64,000 nucleotides of DNA from Eledone cirrhosa (GCA_964016885.1 OZ024742.1:241304001-241368000), one strand, 5' to 3'. Shown: positions 13,026 through 24,851, numbered from the stretch's first letter. Notes: generated by a model from the sequence alone, not told the origin. Made by a program: numbers and translations.

Positions 13026-16000
13026 CTATAGTCTGATGTAGAGTGAAGGCCCATTCACACGGGCCATTCTCGCCACTTTCACCCATCTTTCATAGAAACG
13101 GCTGGGGTGCAGCACCTCTCTCTCCATCCTGATCCTTCTTCCGAAATGATATCGGAAGAAACGGACCAGTTGTTGGCCAGAGAGAAAGGTGCCCGACCTC
13201 AGTCCTTTCAGACGCGTCCACCATACAACCTCTTTCGCCATGGCTATTACGCACAGAAACACCGCCTCTGCTTCATCTTTGAAGGGGGGAGGCGGCTTGA
13301 TCATTACAATAGACTCGGTGGTCAACCGGATCGGTCCCACCCTTGACAGCAGTTGTTCGACATAGCCCCACAGATCGGCTACGCCCGAGCAGTGTACCAA
13401 TGCGTGTGCAACGGTTTCCTCGTCGCACACGCATCTGGGACAGATCTTTTTGGCGGGGTCCCTACCCGGGCGCCCGTGTCTGTAGAGCCTTTCTCGAACG
13501 GGTAAAGCCCCTCGGTAGCACTGCCAGGCCAGGGACTTCTGGAAGTTGTCCATAGGTCCCGGGCTGAATGTCCTACCGAACAGGCTGGCCAGTTCGTCCT
13601 CCTCCATGTCTAGGGCTTCTCCGAGGGCGTCGTCGCACCTGCTGCGTACCAGCCCTCTATAGAATGTTGCGGTGGAGTCTCCACTGATAACCGGATCCGC
13701 CTGCCAGAGGGCGGTGAGCGCCTGGGCACACTCAGTGTGCCAGGCGCCCAGTTTTCTCGGTCTTTGCTTGACCCAGGATTGCAGCTCGGTGAGTGAGACG
13801 AGTCTGGGAAAGGTTCGTCTCACAAACGAGGCCCACACCGGTTGTCCGGTGAGGAATACGTAGAGGTGCCGTAGCCTTAATGCGTGTTTACGCATCATTA
13901 GCCACGGCATCCCCAGCCCTCCTTTCGAAGGGTGTTGACAGCAGATGGATCTCCTCACCATAGGAGCCCGCCTCTTCCAAAGGAATTGGAAGAGCGCGCG
14001 CTCCATCTTGGTGAGGGTTTCCCTTGGGCAGGGCACTACGGTCAGGCGGTAGTAGATGACGGACGCTATGTAGGTGTTCGCCACCTCCGCCCGACCTTTC
14101 AGGGATAGTTTGCAACTGGCCCACTTCTGGGTCAGTGCAAACACCCTGTTCGTAACCTCCGCCCAGTTTTTCTCCACCTGGAGGTCCGGTCCGAACCAGA
14201 CCCCGAGCAACTTCACCGGGCCCTCCGTCCAGCGTCCGACGACGCCATCGGAGGGCATCGGTCTGCCCCTCCACGTGCCGAGTTGCAAACCGATCGACTT
14301 GTCCCGGTTCAGCTTAGCCCCTGTGAACTTTTCGTACTCCTCCAGTAAGGTGCCGACCGCCTCGATTTCGGAGGCCGTCGACACCATTACTGTCACGTCA
14401 TCGGCGTAGGCCGACACCGCTTTCCGCAATCCCGGTTCCAAAGGGATGCCCTGCAACAACTCCAACTTCCGCAGTAGTGGCTCGAGAGTCAACACATACA
14501 GAAGGGAGGAGAGAGGGCACCCTTGTCGGATGGACCGCGCGATTTTGAACGGCTCCGAGAGGTAGCCGTTCACCTTGACCCTAGAGCAGATGCGGCTGCT
14601 GTGCATAGCAGTGATCCAGCCCCTGAAAACGGGTCCGAAGCCTGCCGCCGCTAGCACCGCATCCAGGTAACCATGGTCGACCCTATCGAACGCCTTAGAT
14701 TGATCCAAGTTGATCAGAGCCCCACCAAAGCCGGGTTCGTTCCCAACCCTCTCTATGATGTATCGCATGAGGTGGAGGTTGTCATGGATGGACCTGGACG
14801 GGATAGCGCATGTCTGCGCATCTCCCACCAGGTTGCCCACGACAAGCGCCAACCTCTTTGCTAGCACCTTGGCCAAAATCTGTAACTCTGTATTTAGCAG
14901 TGTTATGGGCCTGAAGTTACTTATTTCGTCCCCCTTGTTCTCGTCCTTCCTCACTAGCGTGACTACGCCCTTGGTCACAGTACAGGGAATTCTCCCGTTC
15001 TGTTGCCAGTTGCAGTAGACCGCCTCGAGGAGATCGGGGAACAAGTCCGGCATAGCTAGATATAATTCGTAAGGAAGACCATCGAGACCCGGGGATTTGC
15101 GTTTGCCGCATTGGCTCAGCACGTCCTCTATCTCAGCGGCCGAAATCGGCTCCTCGCAGGACTTCGCCTCCCTGTCCGAGAGGCGCGGCAGGCCGTCGAG
15201 GTATGGACCGAAGTCCACGTTCCTAACCGGCTCCCCGCCCCTCCCGAACAGTCGGGCAAAGTGCCTTTGAAAGGCCTCACACATCTGCTTAGGCTCAAGA
15301 ATCGCCCGTCCATCCAGGTCTCGCAAAGACCGGATGGTGGATTTAGTTCCACTGTTGGCCTCTGTCACGCGGGCCCAGCTAACAGCTTTGGTCCCCTCGT
15401 TCCCTAGAGCACGTATTTTACTTCGGACAACGCAGCCTTCGTGCTTCGCGTCGAAAAACTGGCTCAAAGCCGTTCTCGACGCTAGCACTCTGGCCACGTC
15501 GCCGCTTCTAATTGCCTCTTCTACTCTATCTATTAGCTCCCTTTCCTTCCTATTCCTATCCGCAGCTAGAACCTTACTAAATTCTATCGAGACTACTCTA
15601 ATCTCTCTCTTTAGAGATACCCACCACCTGCTGTTGACGATCGCTCCAGTCAACCGTTCCTTAACTAACGTACTAATCCGATTCCTGTAGGCTCTACTTG
15701 CCGGCAAGGACAAGTTGAGCTTCCAGTAACCGGGGCCCTGTCTATGAGTTCTGTCAAGGTTGACCATGCAGGTCACTAATTTGTGGTCTGAATAGCCAAC
15801 AATGCGCATTTTTGGACAACTTAAAAAGTCCTTATCCTTAATTCTAACTAAGAACCTATCTAGGTACGACCTAGATGATCCGCTACGATTTGCCCAAGTC
15901 CAGGTTGGCGCAGTCGGAAAATCTAGTCGATATCTATCGGCCAGGTCAAATCGACCGATTAACCCTTTGAGGCTATTACACCCCTCTCTATCGGGGCAGG

Positions 16001-16463
16001 CCCCTACGTAGTCCCAGCGTGCATCTAGGATACCATTCCAGTCCCCCACTAATAGCAAGGAGCGGGACGTCCCTAGAAAAGTCTCCAGACGATGGAAGAA
16101 GTCCGGCCGCATTGACCCGAAAGGGCCGTAGGCGGCTACCAACCTAAACGCTCCGCCTTTACCACTGCCAAGGTCCAGAACCACTAGTCGACCCTCCGGG
16201 TCCAAATGTACCATCTGTGTTGCGAGACCCAGATGTTTTTGCAGCAGAACGACAACTCCACCCCCACCTCCGGGCTGACAGAGAGATGCGTGCATCTCAA
16301 AGTCATCAAAGGTGGGGGCCAGCTGTCGCACGTTGCTGATCCGGGCCTCGCAAATAACCATCACATCTATACGTTGTGACCTGAGGTCATTTAGAAGCAT
16401 TGCTTGCTTCCAAGTTGAGCCCAGGCCACGCGCATTTAAACAGCCTACTCTTAGCATAGCCAT
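13026..16463 (-). CDS. ORF2p: APE endonuclease, reverse transcriptase, C-terminal CCHC; 1145 aa from ATG at 16463
   Basis: LNARGL, GDWN, SYLDRF, SDH; KSPGLDG, FRPITLLN, LDQSKAFDRVDH, RQGCPLS, AYADD, GGLG; CPRC..ETVAHALVHC. CCAACATGG start context is shared by four copies. Confidence 0.96.
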   Translation of the reverse strand: MAMLRVGCLNARGLGSTWKQAMLLNDLRSQRIDVMVICEARISNVRQLAPTFDDFEMHASLCQPGGGGGVVVLLQKHLGLATQMVHLDPEGRLVVLDLGSGKGGAFRLVAAYGPFGSMRPDFFHRLETFLGTSRSLLLVGDWNGILDARWDYVGACPDREGCNSLKGLIGRFDLADRYRLDFPTAPTWTWANRSGSSRSYLDRFLVRIKDKDFLSCPKMRIVGYSDHKLVTCMVNLDRTHRQGPGYWKLNLSLPASRAYRNRISTLVKERLTGAIVNSRWWVSLKREIRVVSIEFSKVLAADRNRKERELIDRVEEAIRSGDVARVLASRTALSQFFDAKHEGCVVRSKIRALGNEGTKAVSWARVTEANSGTKSTIRSLRDLDGRAILEPKQMCEAFQRHFARLFGRGGEPVRNVDFGPYLDGLPRLSDREAKSCEEPISAAEIEDVLSQCGKRKSPGLDGLPYELYLAMPDLFPDLLEAVYCNWQQNGRIPCTVTKGVVTLVRKDENKGDEISNFRPITLLNTELQILAKVLAKRLALVVGNLVGDAQTCAIPSRSIHDNLHLMRYIIERVGNEPGFGGALINLDQSKAFDRVDHGYLDAVLAAAGFGPVFRGWITAMHSSRICSRVKVNGYLSEPFKIARSIRQGCPLSSLLYVLTLEPLLRKLELLQGIPLEPGLRKAVSAYADDVTVMVSTASEIEAVGTLLEEYEKFTGAKLNRDKSIGLQLGTWRGRPMPSDGVVGRWTEGPVKLLGVWFGPDLQVEKNWAEVTNRVFALTQKWASCKLSLKGRAEVANTYIASVIYYRLTVVPCPRETLTKMERALFQFLWKRRAPMVRRSICCQHPSKGGLGMPWLMMRKHALRLRHLYVFLTGQPVWASFVRRTFPRLVSLTELQSWVKQRPRKLGAWHTECAQALTALWQADPVISGDSTATFYRGLVRSRCDDALGEALDMEEDELASLFGRTFSPGPMDNFQKSLAWQCYRGALPVRERLYRHGRPGRDPAKKICPRCVCDEETVAHALVHCSGVADLWGYVEQLLSRVGPIRLTTESIVMIKPPPPFKDEAEAVFLCVIAMAKEVVWWTRLKGLRSGTFLSGQQLVRFFRYHFGRRIRMEREVLHPSRFYERWVKVARMARVNGPSLYIRL

Positions 16464-16487
16464 GTTGGTGGTGAAGAGAAAAGGCAC

Positions 16488-18269
16488 TTACCTCTCTGCG
16501 TCCCGGGTATCGGGCTGCACAATTTCCATTAGGGTGGGGGATGGGTTGTTGGGTGGGGTGGTGGTTTGTGAAAGTGTGGGGGCATCAGTGTGTTGTGTGG
16601 TTGGGGAGCTTGGAGTTGTGAGGGTGTTTGGGGAGGGGGTGGGATAGTTTTTTAGGAGGACGCGGTTAATGGGCCCGACGCAGGGGGGACCCACGTCCTC
16701 TTTAAAATTGTTTTTTAAAGTTTTATAGGTGTCCTGTGGGGCCTTAATCATTTTGAGGTGGGGGAAATCCCCTGCCTGGGTGAAGTTAGGCCCTTGTGTT
16801 TTTATTAGATTGTTGTTGTACACAATGTTTAACAGTTTTTTGTTTCTTGTATTTATGTATGTGTATGCATGTTTTTGTTTTTGTGTGGTGTTTTTTGTTT
16901 GCTGTTGTGAGCTCTTTTGTGTTGGTGTCAGTGTTATGTTTTGGGGAGGGGTTTTTTTCATTTGTGTGTCTGAGGTGTGTTTTCTTTTTTTTCTTTTGAT
17001 TGTGTGGAAGTGCTCCTCCTCGTCTGACGACGAACTAGGGTCATCTTCCGCGTTGGAGGGGAGGGGTATATTTTCGGGTTGTGTTTGCGGTACGGGTGTT
17101 TTGGAAATTGTTTTTGTTTTTTGAGTGGAGGGGATGGGTTGGACATTGTTTTGTTTTGGTTTAAGCTGTGGTGGTTGTTTTTGTAGTGGTAGTTGTGGTG
17201 ATTGTGTTGGTTGTGCAGCTGTTGGTGGTGTAAGCAGGATTGGGGTTTTCTTATTAAGTTGGGGACAGACAGCCCTCAGGTGACCTCTGGTTCCGCAGAG
17301 GTAACACGAGGGCCGTCTACCCTCAACGGTAATGTTGATGAAGGTTAGATCATCCAGTATGACGCGTTCAGGGATCTGGGCGATCCTTTCGGGCCTCATT
17401 TGAACTACAAGTTCGAGGCTCGTTCCACTGAACGCGTCACCCGATGCCTTTCCCATGGACACCAGCATGTCATCCTCCAGGTCCAGAAAACCTGTCAAAA
17501 CCCACCATATGTCCATAATCGGCAGGATGGTGTGGATTTTTATTTTTTGTGTTCTTCTACCCATGTACGTAGGGTAGAAGGTGTATGCGGTGGATGTGAT
17601 TGGTTTGATGGACAGTTTCACTGCTGTGTCCCTGTCCTTCATGAGAATGGATAGACTCCCGTAGAGTCTATCCTTCTGAATGAAGGTGATGTCCTTCATG
17701 ACGTCTTTTAAAACCAGCTCTATCTCGCTCTGTGATGGTTGAGCTGGTTTTTTACTTTTGTTCGAGATTGTCCTAAACATGACCGTGTTTAGGAGTCTCT
17801 GGCTTTTTAGTTCCGGGGAGGAATGGATTGTGAATGAACCATTTTCCCCGTACACTATATATTTTTTCGCATCCGCCAGTAGCTCCTTCGCTTTTGTTAT
17901 ATCTACTGGCAGATAGTCGAGGGTTTTCCTTGTCGTCTCGGCGAAGGAGAAATTTCGTTTGTTTGTGTTGTTGTTGTCGTTGGTGGTGTTGTTGTTATCA
18001 TTGTTGTTGTTGTCACCGTTATTGGTCTTGTTGTTGTTATTGTTATTGTTATTGGTGTTGTTTTCGTCCGTCGCATTGTTGTTGTTGTTGCTGTTGCTGC
18101 TTTGGGTTGTTGCCATGGCAACGTCAAGTTGTCGGTTAACAGGTGGAGAGAATTCTTCCTCTGGCTGACCTATCTTCTTGACCTCTGCTACTGTGACAGT
18201 GGCAGGGGGAAGCTGTAAGTTCATCTTCCCCTTTCCTCCTTCGAATTTTGGTGAAGAAGCTTCGGCCAT
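16488..18269 (-). CDS. ORF1p (gag-like nucleic-acid-binding protein), 593 aa
   Basis: CX2CX4HX4C knuckle CYLCGTRGHLRAVC; N-rich and P/T/Q-rich tracts; lies upstream of ORF2; homologues in copies B, D, F and G. Confidence 0.9.
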   Translation of the reverse strand: MAEASSPKFEGGKGKMNLQLPPATVTVAEVKKIGQPEEEFSPPVNRQLDVAMATTQSSNSNNNNNATDENNTNNNNNNNNKTNNGDNNNNDNNNTTNDNNNTNKRNFSFAETTRKTLDYLPVDITKAKELLADAKKYIVYGENGSFTIHSSPELKSQRLLNTVMFRTISNKSKKPAQPSQSEIELVLKDVMKDITFIQKDRLYGSLSILMKDRDTAVKLSIKPITSTAYTFYPTYMGRRTQKIKIHTILPIMDIWWVLTGFLDLEDDMLVSMGKASGDAFSGTSLELVVQMRPERIAQIPERVILDDLTFINITVEGRRPSCYLCGTRGHLRAVCPQLNKKTPILLTPPTAAQPTQSPQLPLQKQPPQLKPKQNNVQPIPSTQKTKTISKTPVPQTQPENIPLPSNAEDDPSSSSDEEEHFHTIKRKKRKHTSDTQMKKTPPQNITLTPTQKSSQQQTKNTTQKQKHAYTYINTRNKKLLNIVYNNNLIKTQGPNFTQAGDFPHLKMIKAPQDTYKTLKNNFKEDVGPPCVGPINRVLLKNYPTPSPNTLTTPSSPTTQHTDAPTLSQTTTPPNNPSPTLMEIVQPDTRDAER

Positions 18270-18517
18270 TTAAAAAATATTGACTTTTCAACAAGAAAAA
18301 ACTTTTTTTTTTTAACTATTTCGCCTAAAGGCGTAGAATATTTTGAGAGACTGACCAGATCAAAGTTTGACCTGGCAGTCCCTCTACAAAATGGTACAAA
18401 AATTAAAGTTATCAGACAAGAATTTCTATAGAAATTTAAACAGAACTTACTCAGCAAGTTATACGCGTGTGTCCATAGGTAAATAGATAGACAGATAGAT
18501 AGATAAATAGATAGATA

Positions 18518-18618
18518 TCTTTCTTTATTTGCCACAAGGGCGTATAAAAATGGGACATTACAAGACGTGACGGCGGGGGTTTAACATGTAAAATACATAA
18601 AAGCTTTAACATCAACAA
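18518..18618 (-). mobile_element. Tx1 3' stub S2 (same 3'UTR type as S1)
   Basis: Reverse complement CCCCGCCGTCACGTCTTGTAATGTCCCATTTT..GCCCTTGTGGCAAATAAAGAAAGA-(TATC)n matches 6286-6346. Confidence 0.88.
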
Positions 18619-18808
18619 ATAATAATTGTTTCTACTTTTGGCACAAGGCCAGCAATTATCCAGTGTATTACTGGTACTTTATTTTATTTTATCGACCCCG
18701 TAAGGATGAAAGGCAAAGTTATCCTCGGCGGGATTTGAACTCAGAATGGCAAGGGCCGTAACTCTATGCGTCAAAGCATGGCGTCCGACCCTCTACCGAT
18801 ACTGCCAA
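18619..18808 (-). mobile_element. tRNA-derived SINE, family 1
   Basis: Reverse complement of the family 1 sequence. Confidence 0.87.
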
Positions 18809-18820
18809 GGAGGATGAAGC

Positions 18821-19430
18821 AGTGAGATTGAATGAGAGAGAGAGAGAGGGGGCGAGAGAGAGGGGGCGAGAGAGAGGGGGGGGGGGGTGTTTGAGAGAAA
18901 GGAGTGGGGGAGAACAATCTTGAGTGTGAGTGTTGTGTGGAGAATGAAACAGTGAGATTGAATGAGAGAGAGAGAGAGAGGGCGAGCGAGAGAGAGAGAG
19001 TGTTTGAGAGAAAGGAGTGAGGGAGAACAATCTTGAGTGTGAGTGTTGTGTGGAGAATGAAACAGTGAGATTGAATGAGAGAGAGAGAGAGAGGGCGAGC
19101 GAGAGAGAGAGAGAGTGTTTGAGAGAAAGGAGTGAGGGAGAACAATCTTGAGTGTGAGTGTTGTGTGGAGAATGAAACAGTGAGATTGAATGAGAGAGAG
19201 AGAGAGGGCGAGCGAGAGAGAGAGAGAGTGTTTGAGAGAAAGGAGTGAGGGAGAACAATCTTGAGTGTGAGAGTTGTGTGGAGAATGAAACAGTGAGATT
19301 GAATGAGAGAGGGAGAGAGGGCGAGCGAGAGAGAGAGAGTGTTTGAGAGAAAGGAGTGAGGGAGAACAATCTTGAGTGCGAGTGTTGTGTGGAGAATGAA
19401 ACAGTGAGATTGAATGAGAGAGAGAGTGAG
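18821..19430. repeat. Minisatellite, about 118-bp unit x5
   Basis: Unit GTGTTTGAGAGAAAGGAGTGAGGGAGAACAATCTTGAGTGTGAGTGTTGTGTGGAGAATGAAACAGTGAGATTGAATG(AG)n. Confidence 0.92.
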
Positions 19431-20619
19431 AGGGGCGATAGAGAGGGGAGAGAGAGGCTGAAAGACAGAGAATTAGTAGATTTTTCTTTGAGTTTTGAGT
19501 GAAGAAGGTAAAAATGAGACAGTCGTAGAGATCTGAGTGAGTGAGAGACACAATGAGTGAGAGGGAAAGAGAAAGCGAGAGAGAGTGAGAGCGGGAAACA
19601 GTTGAAAGAGATAGAGAGGGTGCATGGCAAAGAACGAGAGAAAAGGAGAATGAGAATGCGTATAAGAAAGCTGGAGAGAAGAGGAAAGAGAAACGGAGAG
19701 AGAGAGAGTGTGTAAATTCTTTTTAGTATTGTTTGAGGGAGGAAAATATGAGACAGCCTTAGAGATGAGACGCTGAATGAGAGAGAGTGTGCGTGATATA
19801 GAACATAACATCGAGAGAGAGAGAGAGGGTGAGAGAGAGGGGCAGTGGAGTAAGAGAGACAAACAAAGTGAGATAATGATTGAGAGAGATGGTGAGAGAA
19901 ACCAAAACAGAAGGAGAGAGAGAGAGGGGGGGGGGGTTCTGCGTTTGCGTCTTGTTTCAAGAAGAGAAGAATTACAGACCTACAGAGTGAGTGAGAAGTA
20001 GGAAAGATACAAAGTAAGAGTGTGAGTGGAGAGAGCGAGTGACTGGGGGGAAGAGAGAGAGGAGAGAGAGAGGGGGGAGAGAGAGGGTGATATAGAGGGG
20101 AAGAGAGGAGGGAAGAGAGGGGGGAGAAAGGGGAAGAGATAGATAATGAGAAGCGGAAAATACATAAATAGGGGGAGAGAGAGAGGGGAAGGGGGAAATA
20201 GGGAGAAAGGGAGAGGGGGAAAAAGAGTGAGATAATGAATTAATGAGAAAATACAGAGAAAGGGAACAAAGAGCGAGAGAGAGAGAGAGAAAGAGCGAGA
20301 GAGAGAGACAGAGAGAGAGTGAGAGAGAGGGAGTGGGAGAGGGCGAGAGAGAGAGAGTGGTTAGAGCGAGAGAGAGAGAGCGAGAGAAAGCGAGAGAGAG
20401 AGACAGAGACAGAAAGAGAGATAGATATAGACAGAGAGAAAGAGGGCGCGCGAGAGAGAGAGAGAAAGGGAAGGAAGGTGTAAGCAATGAAGATAACATT
20501 AAATTGGAGGAAGCAGAACTATTAGAAACAAAGTTAAGCAAGACAGCATAGCTGTATAGTATAAAGGAGGGAATGAAGAAATAAGGAAATAGATGAAAAC
20601 AGATATGTAAGATGGATAG

Positions 20620-21260
20620 AAAGACACATAGCAGCTATCTTAATGAAGAAAGGAATAGCAGAATATTGGAATGAATAAACGAAGAAATAAGTGAGAATAA
20701 AATATGAGGAGAGAGTAAGAGAGTCAGTGAGAAAGAAAGAAAGAAAGAAAGAAAGACACATAGCAGCTATATTAATAAAGAAAGGAACAGCAGAATATTG
20801 GAATGAATAAACGAAAAAATAAATGAGAATGAAAATACAACGAGAGAGTGAGTGAGAGAAAGAAAGAAAGACACATAGCAGCTATCTTAATGAAGAAAGG
20901 AACAGCAGAATATTTGAATAAATAAACGAAGAAAAAAATGAGAATGAAAATACGATGAGAGAGTAAGAGAGTGAGTGAGAAAGAAAGAAAGAAAGAAAGA
21001 AGAGAAGAAAGACACATAGCAGCTATCTTAATGAAGAAAGGAGCAGCAGAATATTGGAATGAATAAACGAAGAAAAATGAGAATGAAAATACGATGAGAG
21101 AGTAAGAGAGTGAGTGAGAAAGAAAGAAAGAAAGAAAGAAGAGAAGAAAGAAAGACACATAGCAGCTATCTTAATGAAGAAAGGAGCAGCAGAATATTGG
21201 AATGAATAAACGAAGAAAAAATGAGATTGAAAATACGATGAGAGAGTAAGAGAGTGAGTG

Positions 21261-21291
<31 letters not shown>

Positions 21292-21420
21292 AGAGAAGAA
21301 AGAAAGACACATAGCAGCTATCTTAATGAAGAAAGGAGCAGCAGAATATTGGAATGAATAAACGAAGAAATAAATGAGAATGAAAATACGACGAGAGTAT
21401 TAAAGAGTGAGTGAGAAAGA
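20620..21420. repeat. Minisatellite, about 120-145-bp unit x6
   Basis: Unit GACACATAGCAGCTATCTTAATGAAGAAAGGARCAGCAGAATATTGGAATGAATAAACGAAG...(GAAA)n. Confidence 0.92.
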
Positions 21421-22254
21421 GAAAAAAAGAACGGGAACTGTAAGAAAACGATAACTAATAGAACGAGAAAAGAGCAAGATGGAAAGAGCTACAGAGAGAG
21501 AGAGAAAGACTAGAAAGAGAAAAGTACAATATAGTAAAATAAATGATGCGTTCTCTTGTACTCTCTCTTATTCTTTCTTTCCTCCAGGTTTTACTATTTC
21601 TTTCTCTCTCACTGAAGCTTACATGATATACTACACTCTCCCTCTCCTCCCACCCTCTCTCGCTTTCTCATACACACATCTGCTTTTAGTTCCTGTCTCT
21701 CTCTCTCTCTCTGTACCTGTCTAAAAGCCATCACCTCTCTCTCTCTCTCTCTCTCTCTGTACGTGTATACAAACGCTCATTTCTCTTTCGTTCTCTCCCT
21801 CTCTCTCTGTACGTGTATATAAACCATCAACTCGCTTTCTTTCTTTTTCTCTCTCTCTCTTCCTCACAGGCTGCATGTAGACCGCTGCGGAGACCCTCTA
21901 CAGCCAACGGTTTGCCAATCGACATACACACACACACACATGCACACACACACACACACATACATGGATTCTTCTACAGCGGCGGTGCTACTGCAGGCTC
22001 GGTACAGAGAGCTGCGCTGAAAATAGCTCCGTCTTATTGACCTACAGACCCAGTGACCCACATACGTCGAAGGTAAAACTACAATGCAATCTGTTAGGAC
22101 TGCTAGAAGTTGATGGAAGCGATGTGGTGCGCCACGGCAGTCAGGCAGCAGCAAAAGCAAGCCTAAACCATACGCAAGCAACGTATAACTACTGCGGCAC
22201 GGCAAATACAGTCGACGCATGCAAACGCAAAGCAGCGGGTTTCCATCATCTTTC

Positions 22255-22828
22255 TCTCTTTCTCTCTTCGTCTTTCACTCGCCTTTCGTCTCTCGCTTTT
22301 CGTCTCTATTCGTCTTTCACTCGCCTTTCGTCTCTCGCTCTTTCTTTCTCTTCATCTTTCACTCGCGTTTCGTCTCTCTCTCTTTCTTTCTCTTCGTCTC
22401 TCTCTCTTTCTTTCTCTTCGTCTCTCTCTCTTTCTTTCTCTTCGTCTTTCACTCGCCTTTCGTCTCTCGCTCTTTCTTTCTCTTCGTCTTTCACTCGCTT
22501 TTCGTCTCTCGCTCTTTCTTTCTCTTCGTCTTTCACTCGCTTTTCGTCTCTCTCTTTCTCTTCGTCTTTCACTCGCTTTTCGTCGCTCTCTCTCTCTTTC
22601 GCTCTTCGTCTTTCACTCGCTTTTCGTCTCTCTCTCTTTCTCTCTTCGTCTTTCACTCGCTTTTCGTCTCTCTCTCTCTCTTTCTCTCTTCGTCTTTCAC
22701 TCGCTTTTGGTCTCTCTCTCTTTCTCTCTTCGTCTTTCACTCGATTTTCGTCTCTCCCTCTCTCTGCCTCTCTCTCTCTGTATGTCTGTCTCTCTCTCTC
22801 TCTCTCTTCGTCTTTCACTCGCTTTTCG

Positions 22829-22874
<46 letters not shown>

Positions 22875-23015
22875 TCTCCCTCTCTCTCTCTCTCTCTCTC
22901 AGCGTCTCTTTTACCGTCTCTCTCCGCATGCCTGTATGATTGTCTGTCCGGCCGTCTCTCCCACCATTTCTCTTTCTCTTTCTCCGTCTCTCTCTTCGTC
23001 TTTCACTCATTTTTC

Positions 23016-23030
<15 letters not shown>
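22255..23030. repeat. Pyrimidine-rich minisatellite, core TCTTCGTCTTTCACTCGCTTTTCGTCTCTC
   Basis: More than 12 copies separated by variable (CT)n. Confidence 0.9.
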
Positions 23031-23079
<49 letters not shown>

Positions 23080-23169
23080 CTATCTCTACCTCTTTATTTA
23101 TGTATTTCGTATACTTCCACTGCATTCAATCATGTACTCTCCACCTGTCTTTCTATCTGTCTGTCTATC

Positions 23170-23365
23170 TCAGTCTCTCTGTCTCTCCATCTTCTCCCCT
23201 CTCTCTTATATATAGATATATGTGTCAGTCTCTCTGTCTCTCCATCTTCTCCCCTCTCTCTTATATATAGATATATGTGTCAGTCTCTCTGTCTCTCCAT
23301 CTTCTCCCCTCTCTCTTATATATATAAGAGAGAGAGAGGAGATGGAAAGACAGAAAGACTGAAAC
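23170..23365. repeat. About 55-bp unit x3 followed by a degenerate inverted copy
   Basis: TCAGTCTCTCTGTCTCTCCATCTTCTCCCCTCTCTCTTATATATA x3, then AGAGAGGAGATGGAAAGACAGAAAGACTGA. Confidence 0.8.
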
Positions 23366-23452
23366 ACACACACATATATTTATGTGTGTATGTGTGTGTG
23401 TGTGTGAGTGTGAGTGTGAGTGTATCTCTGCGAGTGTGAGTGTATCTCTATG

Positions 23453-23562
<110 letters not shown>

Positions 23563-23626
23563 TATCTAATATTCTATCGAAATGTATTCCGCATTCTTCC
23601 ACATCACCCAATCACGCCGTGTATTT

Positions 23627-23721
<95 letters not shown>

Positions 23722-23946
23722 ATTACTCTTTCTATCTCTCCACACTTCTTTCTCTATCCCTCCTCCCTCTCTTCCAGTCACTATCTCTATATCTTTCTCT
23801 TTCGCTATCTATTTCAATTACTACTGCTCACTTTGTCCGATTGTCTTTCTCTATATTGCTCAATTTTTTGGGGGGTGGGGGTGGCTAATCAAATCCTCTC
23901 ACTCATTATTTCCAATATTCGTTCTTGTTTCTAGATTATTTTGTTT

Positions 23947-24008
<62 letters not shown>

Positions 24009-24014
24009 CCCCCC

Positions 24015-24144
<130 letters not shown>

Positions 24145-24230
24145 AATCACTCTTGTTACTCTGGAGTTTCGCCGGTTTATAAACAGGCGGAGATCCAGAG
24201 TAAGAAGACTCTCTTTTTAGCCTTAATAAT

Positions 24231-24238
<8 letters not shown>
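24145..24238. repeat. (TA)n-flanked fold-back with a hammerhead 3' half
   Basis: TTACTCTGGAGTTTCGCCGGTTTATAAACAGGCGGAGATCCAGAGTAA; minus strand reads GAAAC-TCCAGA-GTA. Confidence 0.6.
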
Positions 24239-24272
<34 letters not shown>

Positions 24273-24310
24273 CACATATATATATATACATACATATATA
24301 TATTATTCAA

Positions 24311-24490
24311 AATATTAACAAATGAAAGATATTCACATAATCAAAATATATGCTTTATTATATATATTTCAAAGGTACTGTGTTGTTGTTTTTCAGTACG
24401 TCCTCATCAGAAAAACAACACAGTACCTTTGAAATATATATAATAAAGCATATATTTTGATTATGTGAATATCTTTCATTTGTTAATATT
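24311..24490. repeat. Fold-back (about 80-bp arms) with hammerhead core on the minus strand
   Basis: Near-perfect arms; minus strand CTGATGA (24404-24410), stem GTACTG/CAGTAC, GAAA-TATATAT-A. Confidence 0.8.
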
Positions 24491-24596
24491 CTGATTAATA
24501 TTAAAAACTCCAGGAAAACCTCTTATTGAGTGCTTTTAATCTATTGTAAAATTGTATTCATTGAGTAATCAACGAACCATATTAATCATTGGTTAT

Positions 24597-24668
<72 letters not shown>

Positions 24669-24670
<2 letters not shown>

Positions 24671-24851
24671 CGAAGGAATTGTGGTAAGAAACCAGATGGA
24701 CCATAACGCACCAAAGTACTCAATACTTAGGGTAGTAGAATGAGTAATAGGAACAAACATGACCCCGACGGCAGAGCTCAAGCCGTTTCGAGTCCAGAAA
24801 TAGCCGTCGAAACGGCTCGAGCTCTGCCGTCGGGGTCATACTTGTTCCTAT
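24669..24851. mobile_element. (TA)n-flanked fold-back family FB1 (also 25462-25660, 26168-26228, 42571-42767, 42830-42955)
   Basis: Shared ACCCCGACGGCAGAGCTCAAGCCGTTTCGA arm duplicated in inverted orientation with a different turn point per copy; shared one-sided extension. Confidence 0.75.

Larger units (their letters stand above)
12763..18475 (-). mobile_element. Tx1/L1-clade LINE copy C, full length and apparently intact
   Basis: Uninterrupted ORF1 and ORF2; AATAAA at 12770-12775 (-); (TATC)n at both ends. Confidence 0.96.

Noticed and set aside
14074-15690. Antisense ORFs recurring in several Tx1 copies
   Set aside because: Expected shadows of the conserved ORF2 frame; no independent evidence.
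16464-16487. ORF2 start at GTG 16487 (1153 aa)
   Set aside because: ATG at 16463 in CCAACATGG is conserved in four copies; the upstream spacer is not.
18821-21420. Regularly spaced repeats resembling a CRISPR array
   Set aside because: Whole units repeat with no unique spacers; eukaryotic context; no cas genes.
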